A stretch of 64,000 nucleotides of DNA from Terrimicrobiaceae bacterium (GCA_044353785.1 JBILBH010000006.1:7910-71909); one strand, 5' to 3'; shown: positions 54,442 through 63,975, counted from the stretch's first letter. Made by a program: numbers and translations. The notes: generated from the letters alone by a model not told the origin.

Positions 54442-55281
54442 TTAGCGCTTGAGATTGACGATCTCCTCCATCACGGAATCGGAAACTGTAATCACACGTG
54501 AGCCTGCTTGGAACGCACGCTGAGCGACGATGAGGTCGGAGAATTGTTGGGTCAGATCGACATTCGAAAGTTCCAATGTGCCTTGGATGATGTCGCCGAA
54601 AAGTGTGGCATTCGCAGCCGTGGCTTCAGTTGATCCTGCCGCACCCACGCCGCCAGCTTCACCTCCGGGGTTGTTGAGGAGATTGCCCGAAATCCGCTCC
54701 AAGGCATTGGGGTTTGCAAAGGAGGTCAGGAGGATTTGGCCAATCGGCGTGGCGGTTGTTCCGTTTGCATAATAAGCAGAAACTTCACCGTTTTTATCGA
54801 TTTTATAAGATTGGAGTGGGTTGGCTCCCTGGGTGGGAGGGATTACAACTTTGCCAGTGCCCATCATGACATTCATTCCATCGTTAGTCAGAAGATTACC
54901 AGTGTCATCAAGCCGAAAATCTCCTGCTCGTGTGTAATAAAAATTTTGATTCTCAGGATCTTGAACCTTGAAAAATCCCTTGCCTGAAATTCCTAGGTCC
55001 GCTGGTCCACCGGTAGTGCTGAGAACTCCCTGCGTGAAGCGCTGGCTTACGCTAGCAACACTCGTTCCGGAGCCAATTTGCATTGAATTGGCTCCGGGAA
55101 CATCTCCATTTGCTGCACTCGAGCGGACGAGTGTTTCGCTGAAGTTGTCTTGGTTCGTTACGCGGGAACCCTTGAAGCCCGTTGTGTTCACATTGGCGAT
55201 GTTATCACCGATGACTTCAAGATTCTTTCCGAAAGTTTTGACAGCTGATACGCCGCTATTGAAAGAGTTGAGGAGTGCCAT
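54442..55281 (-). CDS. flgE: Flagellar hook protein FlgE (short form, 279 aa)
   Basis: N-terminus NLEVIGDNIANVNTTGFKGSRV and C-terminus LELSNVDLTQQFSDLIVAQRAFQAGSRVITVSD (rod/hook family). Its position directly after flgD argues for hook rather than distal rod. Confidence 0.7.
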   Translation of the reverse strand: MALLNSFNSGVSAVKTFGKNLEVIGDNIANVNTTGFKGSRVTNQDNFSETLVRSSAANGDVPGANSMQIGSGTSVASVSQRFTQGVLSTTGGPADLGISGKGFFKVQDPENQNFYYTRAGDFRLDDTGNLLTNDGMNVMMGTGKVVIPPTQGANPLQSYKIDKNGEVSAYYANGTTATPIGQILLTSFANPNALERISGNLLNNPGGEAGGVGAAGSTEATAANATLFGDIIQGTLELSNVDLTQQFSDLIVAQRAFQAGSRVITVSDSVMEEIVNLKR

Positions 55282-55299
55282 AAGATTTTAAAGGTGGAA

Positions 55300-55797
55300 T
55301 TACGATTGGGGGTTGGGACCAACGCTGGAAGTTTCTGGTGTAGAAATTGGCGGGATTGAAGTGGGTGGTGGCATGGCAATTCCTTTGATTAGGTTAGTAT
55401 CATAGGATTTGCCGTTTATCGTGATAGCGGGTTTTCCGTCCTTGAGCGTTATGGCTTCCACAATGCCGGTGATGTCCCCTGCGGCATCTTTTACGGTGAC
55501 ATTTCGTCCTAAAAAAGCCGGTGCTGCCGATAATTTTTGATCGCTTGTGAAGGTTTCAAACGATTGGGATAATGTCCGCATTTGCTCCAATGAGGTGAAG
55601 TTTGCCATCTGGGATATGAACTCCGTATCTTTCATCGGATTCATTGGGTCCTGCGAGGTAAGCTGCGTTGTCAGCAACTTCATGAAATCATCCGCGCCGA
55701 GCATTTGTTTGCCTGCATTGCTTTTCATTGCGAGACCGGTTATGGGGTCTTTTGCAGGGGGGGCGGAGGTTTGGGGTGTTACGCTTGAGATTGGCAT
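55300..55797 (-). CDS. flgD: Flagellar hook-capping protein FlgD
   Basis: LGADDFMKLLTTQLTSQDPMNPMKDTEFISQMANFTSLEQM is the canonical FlgD N-terminal domain. Confidence 0.9.
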   Translation of the reverse strand: MPISSVTPQTSAPPAKDPITGLAMKSNAGKQMLGADDFMKLLTTQLTSQDPMNPMKDTEFISQMANFTSLEQMRTLSQSFETFTSDQKLSAAPAFLGRNVTVKDAAGDITGIVEAITLKDGKPAITINGKSYDTNLIKGIAMPPPTSIPPISTPETSSVGPNPQS

Positions 55798-55807
55798 GGC
55801 TTGAATT

Positions 55808-57118
55808 TTACGCCCAGAGATTTACGGAACCTGCTTTGTTTCCGATAGGGGTGGAGTTTGAGACGATTGCAGGATTGCGATTTTTGGTCGCGCTTTGGTT
55901 TGGTGAAGTTGGAAAGTTGGAGGAATCTTGCTGATATTGGCGTTGGCGTCCTTGTTCGGATGCGGCGTCTTGATTGCGTGCAAAGGAGTCTTGGAATTGG
56001 GATTCCCCGAAGCGAACCCCTTGTGCACGATGGGTGGCTGTGAAATCCGGCCAGGCTTTTTGGAGTGCTTCGCGGAGTTCTGGAGATTCAGTGATGAAGG
56101 TAGAGCGAATCTCACCGGCTCGCAGGCTGAGACGTATTTTGACGGATTCGTTGTCGCTAACTGGCAATTCCAGTTGGACTTGGGACTGGCCCGTTTGTTG
56201 AAATTTTTCAATTTCAGGGGCTAGCGACCTAAGAAGCGAGGAGGCTTGCGAGGCTGCGTTTTTTTGAAGGGCGCTCTTTCCGCCGATAGGAATCAGGGCA
56301 GGGTTTCCGGCAGAAAAATTACCTGTCGAATTGTCTGCGCCGGAGCCTGTGCTTTCTATGGAGCGAATCTCAGCGCGCTCCGATAGACTTGCCAGGGCTG
56401 ATAATCGATTCGTTGAAGTAATGGACGGCTCGCTAACTGCTTCTGGGGCAGAGGAGGCCTGGAATTCTTCAAATGTGGCAAGCGAAACCATTTCATCCTC
56501 AATCGTAGCAGATTTCATGCCACTCGAGGTATCTTGGGATTCTTCAAGGGTAGAAATAGCCGTTTCTTGAGTTTCCTCCTCCCGATCCAAGGAGCTTTTG
56601 AGGTCGGAATTTTCCGGGGTTGGTAGAGCTTCTTCTTGATTTTGAGTTCGTGCCTCCAGGGATTCCATTTTTGACAAATCTTTAGTCAAGTTTGCTGGAT
56701 CGCTTTCCGAGGCGGCGGAAATTTTAGTGTTTCGTGACATGTCCGCTTGGCGCTGGGTATCGAGTTGCTGGCCCGAGGTTTGATCCAGTGACAGCAATGG
56801 AGCGGATTCACCTTGTTGCAACTGGAGTGGATCCTGCGTTAGATCAAAGCAAGGTTCGGATTGCACAGTTCCACTCCTTGCGGCTTGTGCAGCAATGGCT
56901 GCGGCATCTTGCGCCTTTTTACGCTTTTTTGCCGCTTCGGCCTCTTCCAGTTCGTCTTGGCGGTCTTGTCGCTGGTCGTTTTGGCTTATTAAGCTTTCGA
57001 ATGATGGGGTCTCAGAGTTTTTGGGGGGCGCGCAAAAATTCAGCAAGCCGCTTTGGAGGGAGTTCTTTGACTCTCCGATAGCGGGTTTTGAAGGTTGCGC
57101 TGGAAGAGGGGAGGTCAT
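55808..57118 (-). CDS. fliK: Flagellar hook-length control protein FliK
   Basis: Long acidic, Ser/Gln-rich, disordered N-terminal region. The C-terminal Flg_hook-type block is QVQLELPVSDNESVKIRLSLRAGEIRSTFITESPELREALQKAWPDF. It sits between motE and flgD. Confidence 0.8.
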   Translation of the reverse strand: MTSPLPAQPSKPAIGESKNSLQSGLLNFCAPPKNSETPSFESLISQNDQRQDRQDELEEAEAAKKRKKAQDAAAIAAQAARSGTVQSEPCFDLTQDPLQLQQGESAPLLSLDQTSGQQLDTQRQADMSRNTKISAASESDPANLTKDLSKMESLEARTQNQEEALPTPENSDLKSSLDREEETQETAISTLEESQDTSSGMKSATIEDEMVSLATFEEFQASSAPEAVSEPSITSTNRLSALASLSERAEIRSIESTGSGADNSTGNFSAGNPALIPIGGKSALQKNAASQASSLLRSLAPEIEKFQQTGQSQVQLELPVSDNESVKIRLSLRAGEIRSTFITESPELREALQKAWPDFTATHRAQGVRFGESQFQDSFARNQDAASEQGRQRQYQQDSSNFPTSPNQSATKNRNPAIVSNSTPIGNKAGSVNLWA

Positions 57119-57789
57119 CGGGTTGCTTGGGGGGATTCGTTTTTGAAGAGGCGGAGTTGGTCGCTGATGGCGGCGGCGCGATTGGCGAGGGTCGTTTTGG
57201 AGTCAGCCGGGGCGGTGGGGTCTTTGGTTTTTGCCATTTCGCCGAGGATTTTTGCGACGATGTCGGCCTTCATGGTGGCAAGGAGTTTAACGATATTGGC
57301 GTCGGACATCTGAGCGAGGATGGCAACGGCTTCGGCGGGCTTCATGCTCGCGTAGGTGCGGGCCAGGTTGCGGACATTGGATTTTTCCGTGCTGAGGAGT
57401 TCGGTGGTCTGGGTGGTGAGGTCGTCGCGCATCTTTTGGATTTCGCCGCGGAGGCGGAGGAGTTCCTGCTTCTCGGCTTCGATGCGCATTTCGACTGCGC
57501 CCAGGTCCTTGGTCTTGATCTCGTAGGCGGTGCGTTGTTTTTGAAGTTCCTGGAGGAGGTTGTCGATTTCAGCGGTGTAGAAATCCCAGTCCTTTGATTG
57601 GGATTTGATTTTTGTCCGTGTGGCCGGGGGTTCCGGAGGCAGGGTGGTGACGGAGGGCCACTTCAGCAGGAGGACGCCGGCGGCCGTGGCGGTACCGAGG
57701 ATGACGGCGAGTAGGATTAGGCCCCAGTTGGAAGAGGGCTTCTGGTCGGCTTCGGAGAACGGGTTGAGTGTGGGTGTGTTGGCGTTCAT
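57115..57789 (-). CDS. MotE/YlxF-like flagellar protein (MgtE_N-type repeat)
   Basis: N-terminal TM segment, a coiled-coil, and a C-terminal MKPAEAVAILAQMSDANIVKLLATMKADIVAKILGEM block. It occupies the ylxF position between fliJ and fliK. Confidence 0.65.
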   Translation of the reverse strand: MNANTPTLNPFSEADQKPSSNWGLILLAVILGTATAAGVLLLKWPSVTTLPPEPPATRTKIKSQSKDWDFYTAEIDNLLQELQKQRTAYEIKTKDLGAVEMRIEAEKQELLRLRGEIQKMRDDLTTQTTELLSTEKSNVRNLARTYASMKPAEAVAILAQMSDANIVKLLATMKADIVAKILGEMAKTKDPTAPADSKTTLANRAAAISDQLRLFKNESPQATR

Positions 57790-58233
57790 TTATGGGATGG
57801 CAGATTGGAGAAAGCGGGTTGCTGTGACGAAGTCTTCGAGTTGTTTTTCCTCGGCACGGGCGGCTTCGAGTTGGATGGTGGCGAGCCATTTTTCGCGCAG
57901 TTTCAGCACGAGTTGGTGGTCGCGGTCGGCGACGATAAGGAGTTCACGTTTGGCGTCGACTTTTTGCTCTTCTTGGGCAAGGCGGTTTTGAAGGGTGCGA
58001 AGGAGGTCGCGCTGGGCGTTGAGGGCGTTCCAGCCTTGTTCCCGCACCCAAGCAGGGAAACGCTCCCCGCTGATCATGCGGGTGAGTTCCTCCAAGCGGG
58101 AGGCAGCTTCGGCCACGCGGGCGGCAGCGAGGTCGCGGTCGCGCACGGCGGCGGCAAAGATCTCCGAGGCCTTGTCTTTGGCCTTCTCGCGGAGGTCGAG
58201 CACGGTCTGGAGACTGTATTTTTTCCGGGTCAT
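57790..58233 (-). CDS. fliJ: Flagellar export chaperone/stalk protein FliJ
   Basis: 147-aa all-coiled-coil protein starting YSLQTVLDLREKAKDKASEIFAAAV. It lies directly after fliI. Confidence 0.85.
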   Translation of the reverse strand: MTRKKYSLQTVLDLREKAKDKASEIFAAAVRDRDLAAARVAEAASRLEELTRMISGERFPAWVREQGWNALNAQRDLLRTLQNRLAQEEQKVDAKRELLIVADRDHQLVLKLREKWLATIQLEAARAEEKQLEDFVTATRFLQSAIP

Positions 58234-59558
58234 GCGACGATTTTTGCGAGTTCGGTGAAGCTTTTATCCCTCGTCCATTTGTCTTCGATGGGTTGGCGAA
58301 GAAGGCTCCGGAGGAGTGGGGTTTTCTCGATGGCCAGATCGACGTGGGTGTTGCTGCCCTTCGTGTAGGCGCCGATGGTGATGACATCCTCGTTTTTGCG
58401 GTAGGCCGCGAGGAGGTCGCGCGCCGTGCCGATGGAGTCGAGTTCTTCTTTTGAGCAAATTTCGAGGGTCACACGGCTCACGCTCTCCAAGACATCCACC
58501 GCTGGAAAGTGGTTTGCGGTTGCCAGAGCGCGGCTGAGAACCACGTGGCCATCCAAAATGCCTCGCACGGCATCGGCGATGGGTTCGTTCATGTCGTCAC
58601 CATCCACCAGAACAGTGTAGAGGGCGGTGATTGATCCCTTCTCGGCATTGCCGGTGCGTTCGAGAAGGCGGGGCAGGACGGAGAAAACCGAAGGCGTATA
58701 GCCGCGGCTGGTGGGCGGCTCTCCCACGGCGAGGCCGATTTCGCGCTGGGCCATGGCGTAACGGGTCACCGAGTCCATCATGAAGAGGACTTTTTTGCCC
58801 TCATCACGGAAATGCTCGGCGATGGCTGTGGCGATGTGTGCTGCGCGGCGGCGGATCAGGGCCGGCTGGTCGGATGTCGACACAACGATGATCGAGCGCG
58901 CCATGCCTTCCGAGCCGAGATCTTTTTCAATGAATTCACGGAGTTCGCGGCCGCGCTCGCCGATGAGGGCAATGACATTGATATCCGATTCGGCTCCTCG
59001 GGCGATCATGCCAAGCAGCGTGGATTTTCCGACTCCTGATCCTGCGAAAATGCCCAGACGCTGGCCACGGCCCACAGGTGTGAAAAGGTCGAGGGATTTC
59101 ACGCCGGTTTGAAAGGGCTTCAGAATACGCTGGCGGGTGAGGGGGTTGGGCGGTTGGCAATGGAGCGGGCGGAGCGTGCCGCCTGGGAGCGGGCCTTTGC
59201 CGTCGATTGGGCGTCCGATGCCGTCAATGATGCGGCCTACGAGGGCATCGCTCACATTGATGCCTGCGGCGCGGCCGGTGGCGGCGACTTCGCAGCCGGC
59301 ATGAATTTCCTGCATCTCGCCCAGTGGCATGAGGAGCACGCGGTGGTCGCGGAAGCCGACCACTTCGGCTTGCAGGCCGTTGAGGCGCGGCGAGCGGATT
59401 TCGCAGATGTCGCCGAGGGAAACATTTGGTCCCACTGACTCGATCACGAGACCCGTAACTTGCACGACCTCGCCCATTCTCACCAGCGGTGTGGTGGATT
59501 CAATACGCCCGCGCAGGTTTTGCATCAGCGCGGGCAGAATGGGCGATCCTTGGTTCAT
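58230..59558 (-). CDS. fliI: Flagellum-specific ATPase FliI
   Basis: Walker A GIFAGSGVGKSTLLGMI, Walker B VLFMMDSVTRYA, and F1-beta-like architecture. Confidence 0.95.
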   Translation of the reverse strand: MNQGSPILPALMQNLRGRIESTTPLVRMGEVVQVTGLVIESVGPNVSLGDICEIRSPRLNGLQAEVVGFRDHRVLLMPLGEMQEIHAGCEVAATGRAAGINVSDALVGRIIDGIGRPIDGKGPLPGGTLRPLHCQPPNPLTRQRILKPFQTGVKSLDLFTPVGRGQRLGIFAGSGVGKSTLLGMIARGAESDINVIALIGERGRELREFIEKDLGSEGMARSIIVVSTSDQPALIRRRAAHIATAIAEHFRDEGKKVLFMMDSVTRYAMAQREIGLAVGEPPTSRGYTPSVFSVLPRLLERTGNAEKGSITALYTVLVDGDDMNEPIADAVRGILDGHVVLSRALATANHFPAVDVLESVSRVTLEICSKEELDSIGTARDLLAAYRKNEDVITIGAYTKGSNTHVDLAIEKTPLLRSLLRQPIEDKWTRDKSFTELAKIVA

Positions 59559-60157
59559 TTGAGTGAGCGCGCTATAGTTTGAAGCTTCGTCAGGACACGG
59601 GCATCAATCATTCCAAACCGGCTCTTCGCCACACAATCGCCAGGCGTCAGTTCGGGGTCAGCGTTCAATTTGATGCCGGGGTATTTCTGCTCCAGCTCGG
59701 CATCGACTCCCTGAACCAAAGCGAGGTCTTGGGGATGAAGACGAATTTCCACATCAGTCGAGCCGGGAGCTACTTCGGCGAGGGTTTCGGAAATGATTTT
59801 GCGAACGGTTTCAGCATCCGGTTTGAAGCCCGCCAGTACGCGGTGGGTGATTTCGAGAATGAGATCCGGCAAAATCTGGGAAACCTCATGAGCGAGGGTT
59901 TCCGATTGTGCGGCAAGGTTTTTGAAGATGGCATCCTGTAGCTGGGCGACTTCGGCGCGTTGCTCGGCGATCTGGTTTGTGAGTGCATCGGTGGCTTCTT
60001 GGAAGCCCCGGTTGTAGGCCTCTTGGCAAGCGGCCTCGTGCTCCTCAAGGCTCACACGCGTGTCCAGAGGCTCCACCGCGGCGGCAAGAAATTCCTGCAC
60101 GATGGTGATGGCCACCGGCGCGGCGGTGAAGTCGATTGCTCTAGCCTGCGGATTCAC
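59555..60157 (-). CDS. fliH: Flagellar assembly protein FliH
   Basis: The C-terminal block ILEITHRVL...VEIRLHPQDLALV...PGDCVAKSRFGMIDARV is typical of FliH. I propose a GTG start at 60157, overlapping fliG by 17 nt. The 253-aa ORF in the track overlaps fliG by 176 nt and its extension is Arg/Ser/Pro-rich. Confidence 0.75.
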   Translation of the reverse strand: MNPQARAIDFTAAPVAITIVQEFLAAAVEPLDTRVSLEEHEAACQEAYNRGFQEATDALTNQIAEQRAEVAQLQDAIFKNLAAQSETLAHEVSQILPDLILEITHRVLAGFKPDAETVRKIISETLAEVAPGSTDVEIRLHPQDLALVQGVDAELEQKYPGIKLNADPELTPGDCVAKSRFGMIDARVLTKLQTIARSLK

Positions 60158-61163
60158 TGGAGTCCTCCTGGGAGATATCAATCTCTCCAGCTTCGGAGAG
60201 TTGCATGATCTGGGCGATGATGCGGTCCTGGGCTGCCTCAACATCCTTATTGCGGACGGGGCCCTGGATTTCGATTTCTTCCTTGAGTGACTCTGAAGCG
60301 CGTTTCGACATGGCACCGAAGAACACGCGTTTGACGGCCTCCGAGGCGTTTTTCATCGCCACGGCGAGTTCCTGCGTTTCCACATCGCGCAGCAGGCGCT
60401 GCACATCGCGTTGAGTAAGTGTGGCGATATCTTCGAAGTTGAAAAGCCGTTTGCGGATCGCTTCGCCGAGTTCGGCGTTGCGCTCTTCGATGCGGCCGAG
60501 CAGGTTTTGGCTGAGTTCCTTGTCGAGGGACTTGAGGAGTTGCGCCGCTGCCTGCGCCCCGCCGCGTTTGTGCATGCTGTATTGCTGTGGACCGGTGGAG
60601 AGATGCTTGCCGAGACTGCGCAGCACCTTGTTGATGAGCTCGCTCGAGATGGAATCCATCGTTCCCAAGCGCTCTACGATTTCCTCGCGGGCTTCGGGTG
60701 AAAACAAGGGGATGATCTGTGAGACCTGGCGACCATCGAGGTAGGAAAGAATGAACGCGACGGTCTGCGGTTGCTCGTTTTTGATGATGTTGAAAATCTG
60801 CCGCGTATCCATCTGGCTGAGTTCGCGGACGGCATCGATCGAGTTGCTGGCAGGAAGCGCCCGAAGCAGGATGCTCGAAGCCGCCTGAGGGCCTCTCGCT
60901 GCTTCCAGCGCACGCTGGGCGAATAACATGCCGCCGAGGGCGGTGGATAGCCCATCGCCGATGAGGCCACAAAATTCGTCGAGGATTTTCTCTTGGAGTT
61001 TGAAATCCACGACATCCATCGCGGCCATCTCGCGCGCCACGGCTTCTATCTCCGGGTCGCGGAGTTGTTTCATTAGCTCGGGAGCCAAGTCGGGGCCAAC
61101 AATGATGAAAAACGCAGCAAGTTTCTGCGTTTTGGACATCGTTTCGAATTCTGCGGTAGGCAT
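60141..61163 (-). CDS. fliG: Flagellar motor switch protein FliG
   Basis: QKLAAFFIIVGPDLAPELMKQL..., the MFxF-type linker (RLFNFEDI), and a C-terminal torque-helix region. 340 aa. Confidence 0.95.
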   Translation of the reverse strand: MPTAEFETMSKTQKLAAFFIIVGPDLAPELMKQLRDPEIEAVAREMAAMDVVDFKLQEKILDEFCGLIGDGLSTALGGMLFAQRALEAARGPQAASSILLRALPASNSIDAVRELSQMDTRQIFNIIKNEQPQTVAFILSYLDGRQVSQIIPLFSPEAREEIVERLGTMDSISSELINKVLRSLGKHLSTGPQQYSMHKRGGAQAAAQLLKSLDKELSQNLLGRIEERNAELGEAIRKRLFNFEDIATLTQRDVQRLLRDVETQELAVAMKNASEAVKRVFFGAMSKRASESLKEEIEIQGPVRNKDVEAAQDRIIAQIMQLSEAGEIDISQEDSSESAG

Positions 61164-61166
61164 GGC

Positions 61167-62774
61167 TTAGGAGTTGTTTTTGTCGATGAGCCACTCGCGC
61201 AGGGTGGCTCCCACATTTTCCGGTTTTTGGCGGATGAGCGAGTTGAGAAGTTCCGGCGAAACCTTGAGGTTTTTGGCTGCCGGCAGGAAGGATGCGGGGT
61301 CCTCTGCGCCGCCGATATTCGGCAGTGCGCCCGCTGGTTGCGGTGTGTTGGCGTTATCGTCCACAAGTTCAAAAGAAATTTCCTCAGGCTTCGCGCGGCG
61401 GAGCATGAAGAAGAAAATAGCAAAGACAATGCCCGCTATGGCCAACGCGGCGATTGGGCGGATCATTTCGACATAGCCGCCGACTTGATCTGTGAGAGGC
61501 GCTCCGGCATTCACTGTGGACGGGAAGGCGACTTCTTTGATGGAAACAAACGAGGCGGGATTTTCGTTTTTTGGAACTTCGATGCCGAGGGCATTGATCA
61601 CCATGCTGCGAAGCTCATTGATCTGCTCGGGAGTTCTTGGTGTGAGTTCACCAGTCTCGGAGGATTTTTCCGCAAGGAAGACCGCTGCGGTGATTCGGGT
61701 AATGGCTCCGGGATTTTTGACGGTATTCGTGAGAGTTTTATTGATCTCGTAGCTCTGAGTCTTGGATGAACGGGAGGTATTGCTGGCTTTGGTCGGGCCG
61801 GGATTGTTTGGTTGGCCTGCCTGCGCCGCTGTATTCGCCGCGACTCCTGCCCCTTGGGCCTGCTCCGCGCTGGTTTCGTTGGTCGAGGTGTTGTCCTCCA
61901 CCGTCACTTCTTGACGCGGCACCTGACCCTCAGGGTCGAAACGCTCTTCGGTCATTGTTGCGGCTTCCGTGTTGATTGTAGCGGAAACGCGAACCACGGA
62001 ATTTCCTGGGCCAAGAACCTTGGCGAGCATGGTTTCAACCTTGGAGGCGAGATATTCCTCGGTCTGCTGTTTGTATTTTACGATGCTGGCTGCATTGCCG
62101 AGTTGAGGGTCGGATTTCAAATCCTCGGAAAGCACATTGCCCGCATTGTCGATCACAGCGACATCGTCAATTTTAAGGCCTTCCACTGAGCTGGCGACCA
62201 ACGAGCGGATGGAATTGACAGCGGCTTTATCAAGCTGCGTGCTACCGGTATCCACAAACACCGATGCCGTCGGGCGCGAATCGGTGGTTCGCACCAAGAG
62301 TCGGCTCTCGGGAAGGACGACCATGACACGCGCGGACTTGACGCCTTGCATCTGGGCCACCGTGCGGCTGAGTTCGCCTTGGAGGGCGCGGGTGTAGTTT
62401 GTGCGCTGAACGAAGTCACTGATACCGAAATTGCTTCGATCGAAGATTTCAAATCCCACGCCGTCCGCAGTTGGGAGGCCCTTTGCTGCCAGATTCATTC
62501 GGACGCGATAAACATCCTTCGAATTCACATAGATGGAGCTTCCTCCTCCGCCGATTTGGAAAGGAATGCTTTGAGCTTCGAGTTCTTTGACCACCTCGGC
62601 GGCTTCTTTTTCGCCGAGTTTGCCATAGAGGAGCTTCATATCAGGGCGTTGTGCCCAGTAGAGCATGGCCCCAATGCCAAGAGCCACCGCCACGCCTGCG
62701 GCGGAGACAATGACACGATGGGTCGGGCTCAGTTCGCTCCAAATTTTGGTGATTTGCTGGAGTGCTTGTTTCAT
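61167..62774 (-). CDS. fliF: Flagellar MS-ring protein FliF
   Basis: N-terminal TM segment, then RPDMKLLYGKLGEKEAAEVVKELEAQSIPFQI, a second TM segment near the C-terminus, and a FliG-binding tail. Confidence 0.95.
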   Translation of the reverse strand: MKQALQQITKIWSELSPTHRVIVSAAGVAVALGIGAMLYWAQRPDMKLLYGKLGEKEAAEVVKELEAQSIPFQIGGGGSSIYVNSKDVYRVRMNLAAKGLPTADGVGFEIFDRSNFGISDFVQRTNYTRALQGELSRTVAQMQGVKSARVMVVLPESRLLVRTTDSRPTASVFVDTGSTQLDKAAVNSIRSLVASSVEGLKIDDVAVIDNAGNVLSEDLKSDPQLGNAASIVKYKQQTEEYLASKVETMLAKVLGPGNSVVRVSATINTEAATMTEERFDPEGQVPRQEVTVEDNTSTNETSAEQAQGAGVAANTAAQAGQPNNPGPTKASNTSRSSKTQSYEINKTLTNTVKNPGAITRITAAVFLAEKSSETGELTPRTPEQINELRSMVINALGIEVPKNENPASFVSIKEVAFPSTVNAGAPLTDQVGGYVEMIRPIAALAIAGIVFAIFFFMLRRAKPEEISFELVDDNANTPQPAGALPNIGGAEDPASFLPAAKNLKVSPELLNSLIRQKPENVGATLREWLIDKNNS

Positions 62775-62813
62775 CCTATCGAGACAACGGGGATTGGTTT
62801 AGCTTTTAGTTAC

Positions 62814-63173
62814 TCAGACTTGGGCGCGCATGAGTTCCTGATAGCTCTCCACGAGTTTGTTGCGGAGTTCGACCATGAGAGTGAAAGCCACACTGGATTC
62901 TTGGCCGGCGATCATGGCTTGGTGAAGATTCGTGGCTTCGCCTGTGAGGACTTTAGTTTTCTCGGTGGCGGATGTTTTCATTTTGTCATCCACATCGGTA
63001 ACGAATTTTTTCATCATGTTGCCGAAGGGGTCTGGGCCGCCGACTTGTGTTCCCCCTGCGGATAACCCAGCTTCCTTCAGCGAGTTGGTGCGATCAAGTT
63101 CGGGCTGGAAATTCCGCATGGTGAGCGGGGCCGTCATGGTAGGAATGTTGGAGGGGATGGCGGAGATGTTCAT
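62814..63173 (-). CDS. fliE: Flagellar hook-basal body protein FliE
   Basis: The C-terminal LHQAMIAGQESSVAFTLMVELRNKLVESYQELMRAQV is canonical FliE. Confidence 0.9.
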   Translation of the reverse strand: MNISAIPSNIPTMTAPLTMRNFQPELDRTNSLKEAGLSAGGTQVGGPDPFGNMMKKFVTDVDDKMKTSATEKTKVLTGEATNLHQAMIAGQESSVAFTLMVELRNKLVESYQELMRAQV

Positions 63174-63192
63174 ATTAAAAAGTTTCTAAATG

Positions 63193-63603
63193 TTAGCGGC
63201 CTATGGAAAGGGCTTGAGTGGCCATCTGGCGGGCGTTGCGAACGACGGCGAGGTTGGCTTCGTAGGAGCGGGTGGCTGTAACCATGTCCACCATTTCAAA
63301 TGGGATGTTTACATTCGGCATGGTGACATTGCCATCATCGTCCGCATGGGGGTGCTGGGGGCTATTAATGATTTCTCCGGGGGTTTCATCGCGTTTGATT
63401 TCCGAAACGCGAACGCCCTGCATATTGGGGCCGGTGGCGGCGTCGAGGAGGGACTCGAAGGCTACGATGCGGCGCTGGTAGGGTTTGCCGTCGATGCCCT
63501 TGGTCGTGTTGGCGTTCGCAATATTCTGGGAAACGATATCGACGCGCATTTTTTCGGCGTCGAGAGCGCTGCCGGTGATGCTGCTGGCGGAAATAACATT
63601 CAT
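63193..63603 (-). CDS. flgC: Flagellar proximal rod protein FlgC
   Basis: SGSALDAEKMRVDIVSQNIANANTT...PYQRR and the C-terminal SYEANLAVVRNARQMATQALSIGR. Confidence 0.93.
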   Translation of the reverse strand: MNVISASSITGSALDAEKMRVDIVSQNIANANTTKGIDGKPYQRRIVAFESLLDAATGPNMQGVRVSEIKRDETPGEIINSPQHPHADDDGNVTMPNVNIPFEMVDMVTATRSYEANLAVVRNARQMATQALSIGR

Positions 63604-63639
63604 AATAAGAGGCTTGTTTCTTCGATTGATTCAGGAAAA

Positions 63640-63975
63640 TCAGGCGGGGCGGCCCGTGATGGCGTGACGGAGTTGTTTTAACGAGCCGCTGGCAAAGTCG
63701 GTCAAAACATTGAAATTCATCGTGTTTTTTGTGAGGCCAAGAAGCTCGCTATCAATCTGCACATTGTTGCCATCGGCGCGGGTCGATGGAGTGAGCGCAT
63801 CAACTTCGGTGCGGGGCAAGGCCTCCGCAATTTCATGGGCATTGCGGGATTTGATGCTGGCGCGCAACTCCTCTTCGAACGACTTGCTCATGTCCGCGCG
63901 CTTGTAGCCCGGGGTCGAAACATTGGCGAGGTTGCTTGCGATGGCTGCGTGGCGCAGAGCCGAAACATCCATCAT
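63640..63975 (-). CDS. flgB: Flagellar proximal rod protein FlgB
   Basis: AIASNLANVSTPGYKRADM and the C-terminal FNVLTDFASGSLKQLRHAITG. It is the first gene of the cluster; the upstream region is cut by the window end. Confidence 0.88.
   Translation of the reverse strand: MMDVSALRHAAIASNLANVSTPGYKRADMSKSFEEELRASIKSRNAHEIAEALPRTEVDALTPSTRADGNNVQIDSELLGLTKNTMNFNVLTDFASGSLKQLRHAITGRPA

Noticed and set aside
60158-60316. N-terminal 53-aa extension of the FliH ORF, and the 315-aa alternative-frame ORF 60247-61194
   Set aside because: Both overlap the strongly supported fliG frame. The extension is Arg/Ser/Pro-rich. A GTG at 60157 gives a normal FliH length with a 17-nt overlap.
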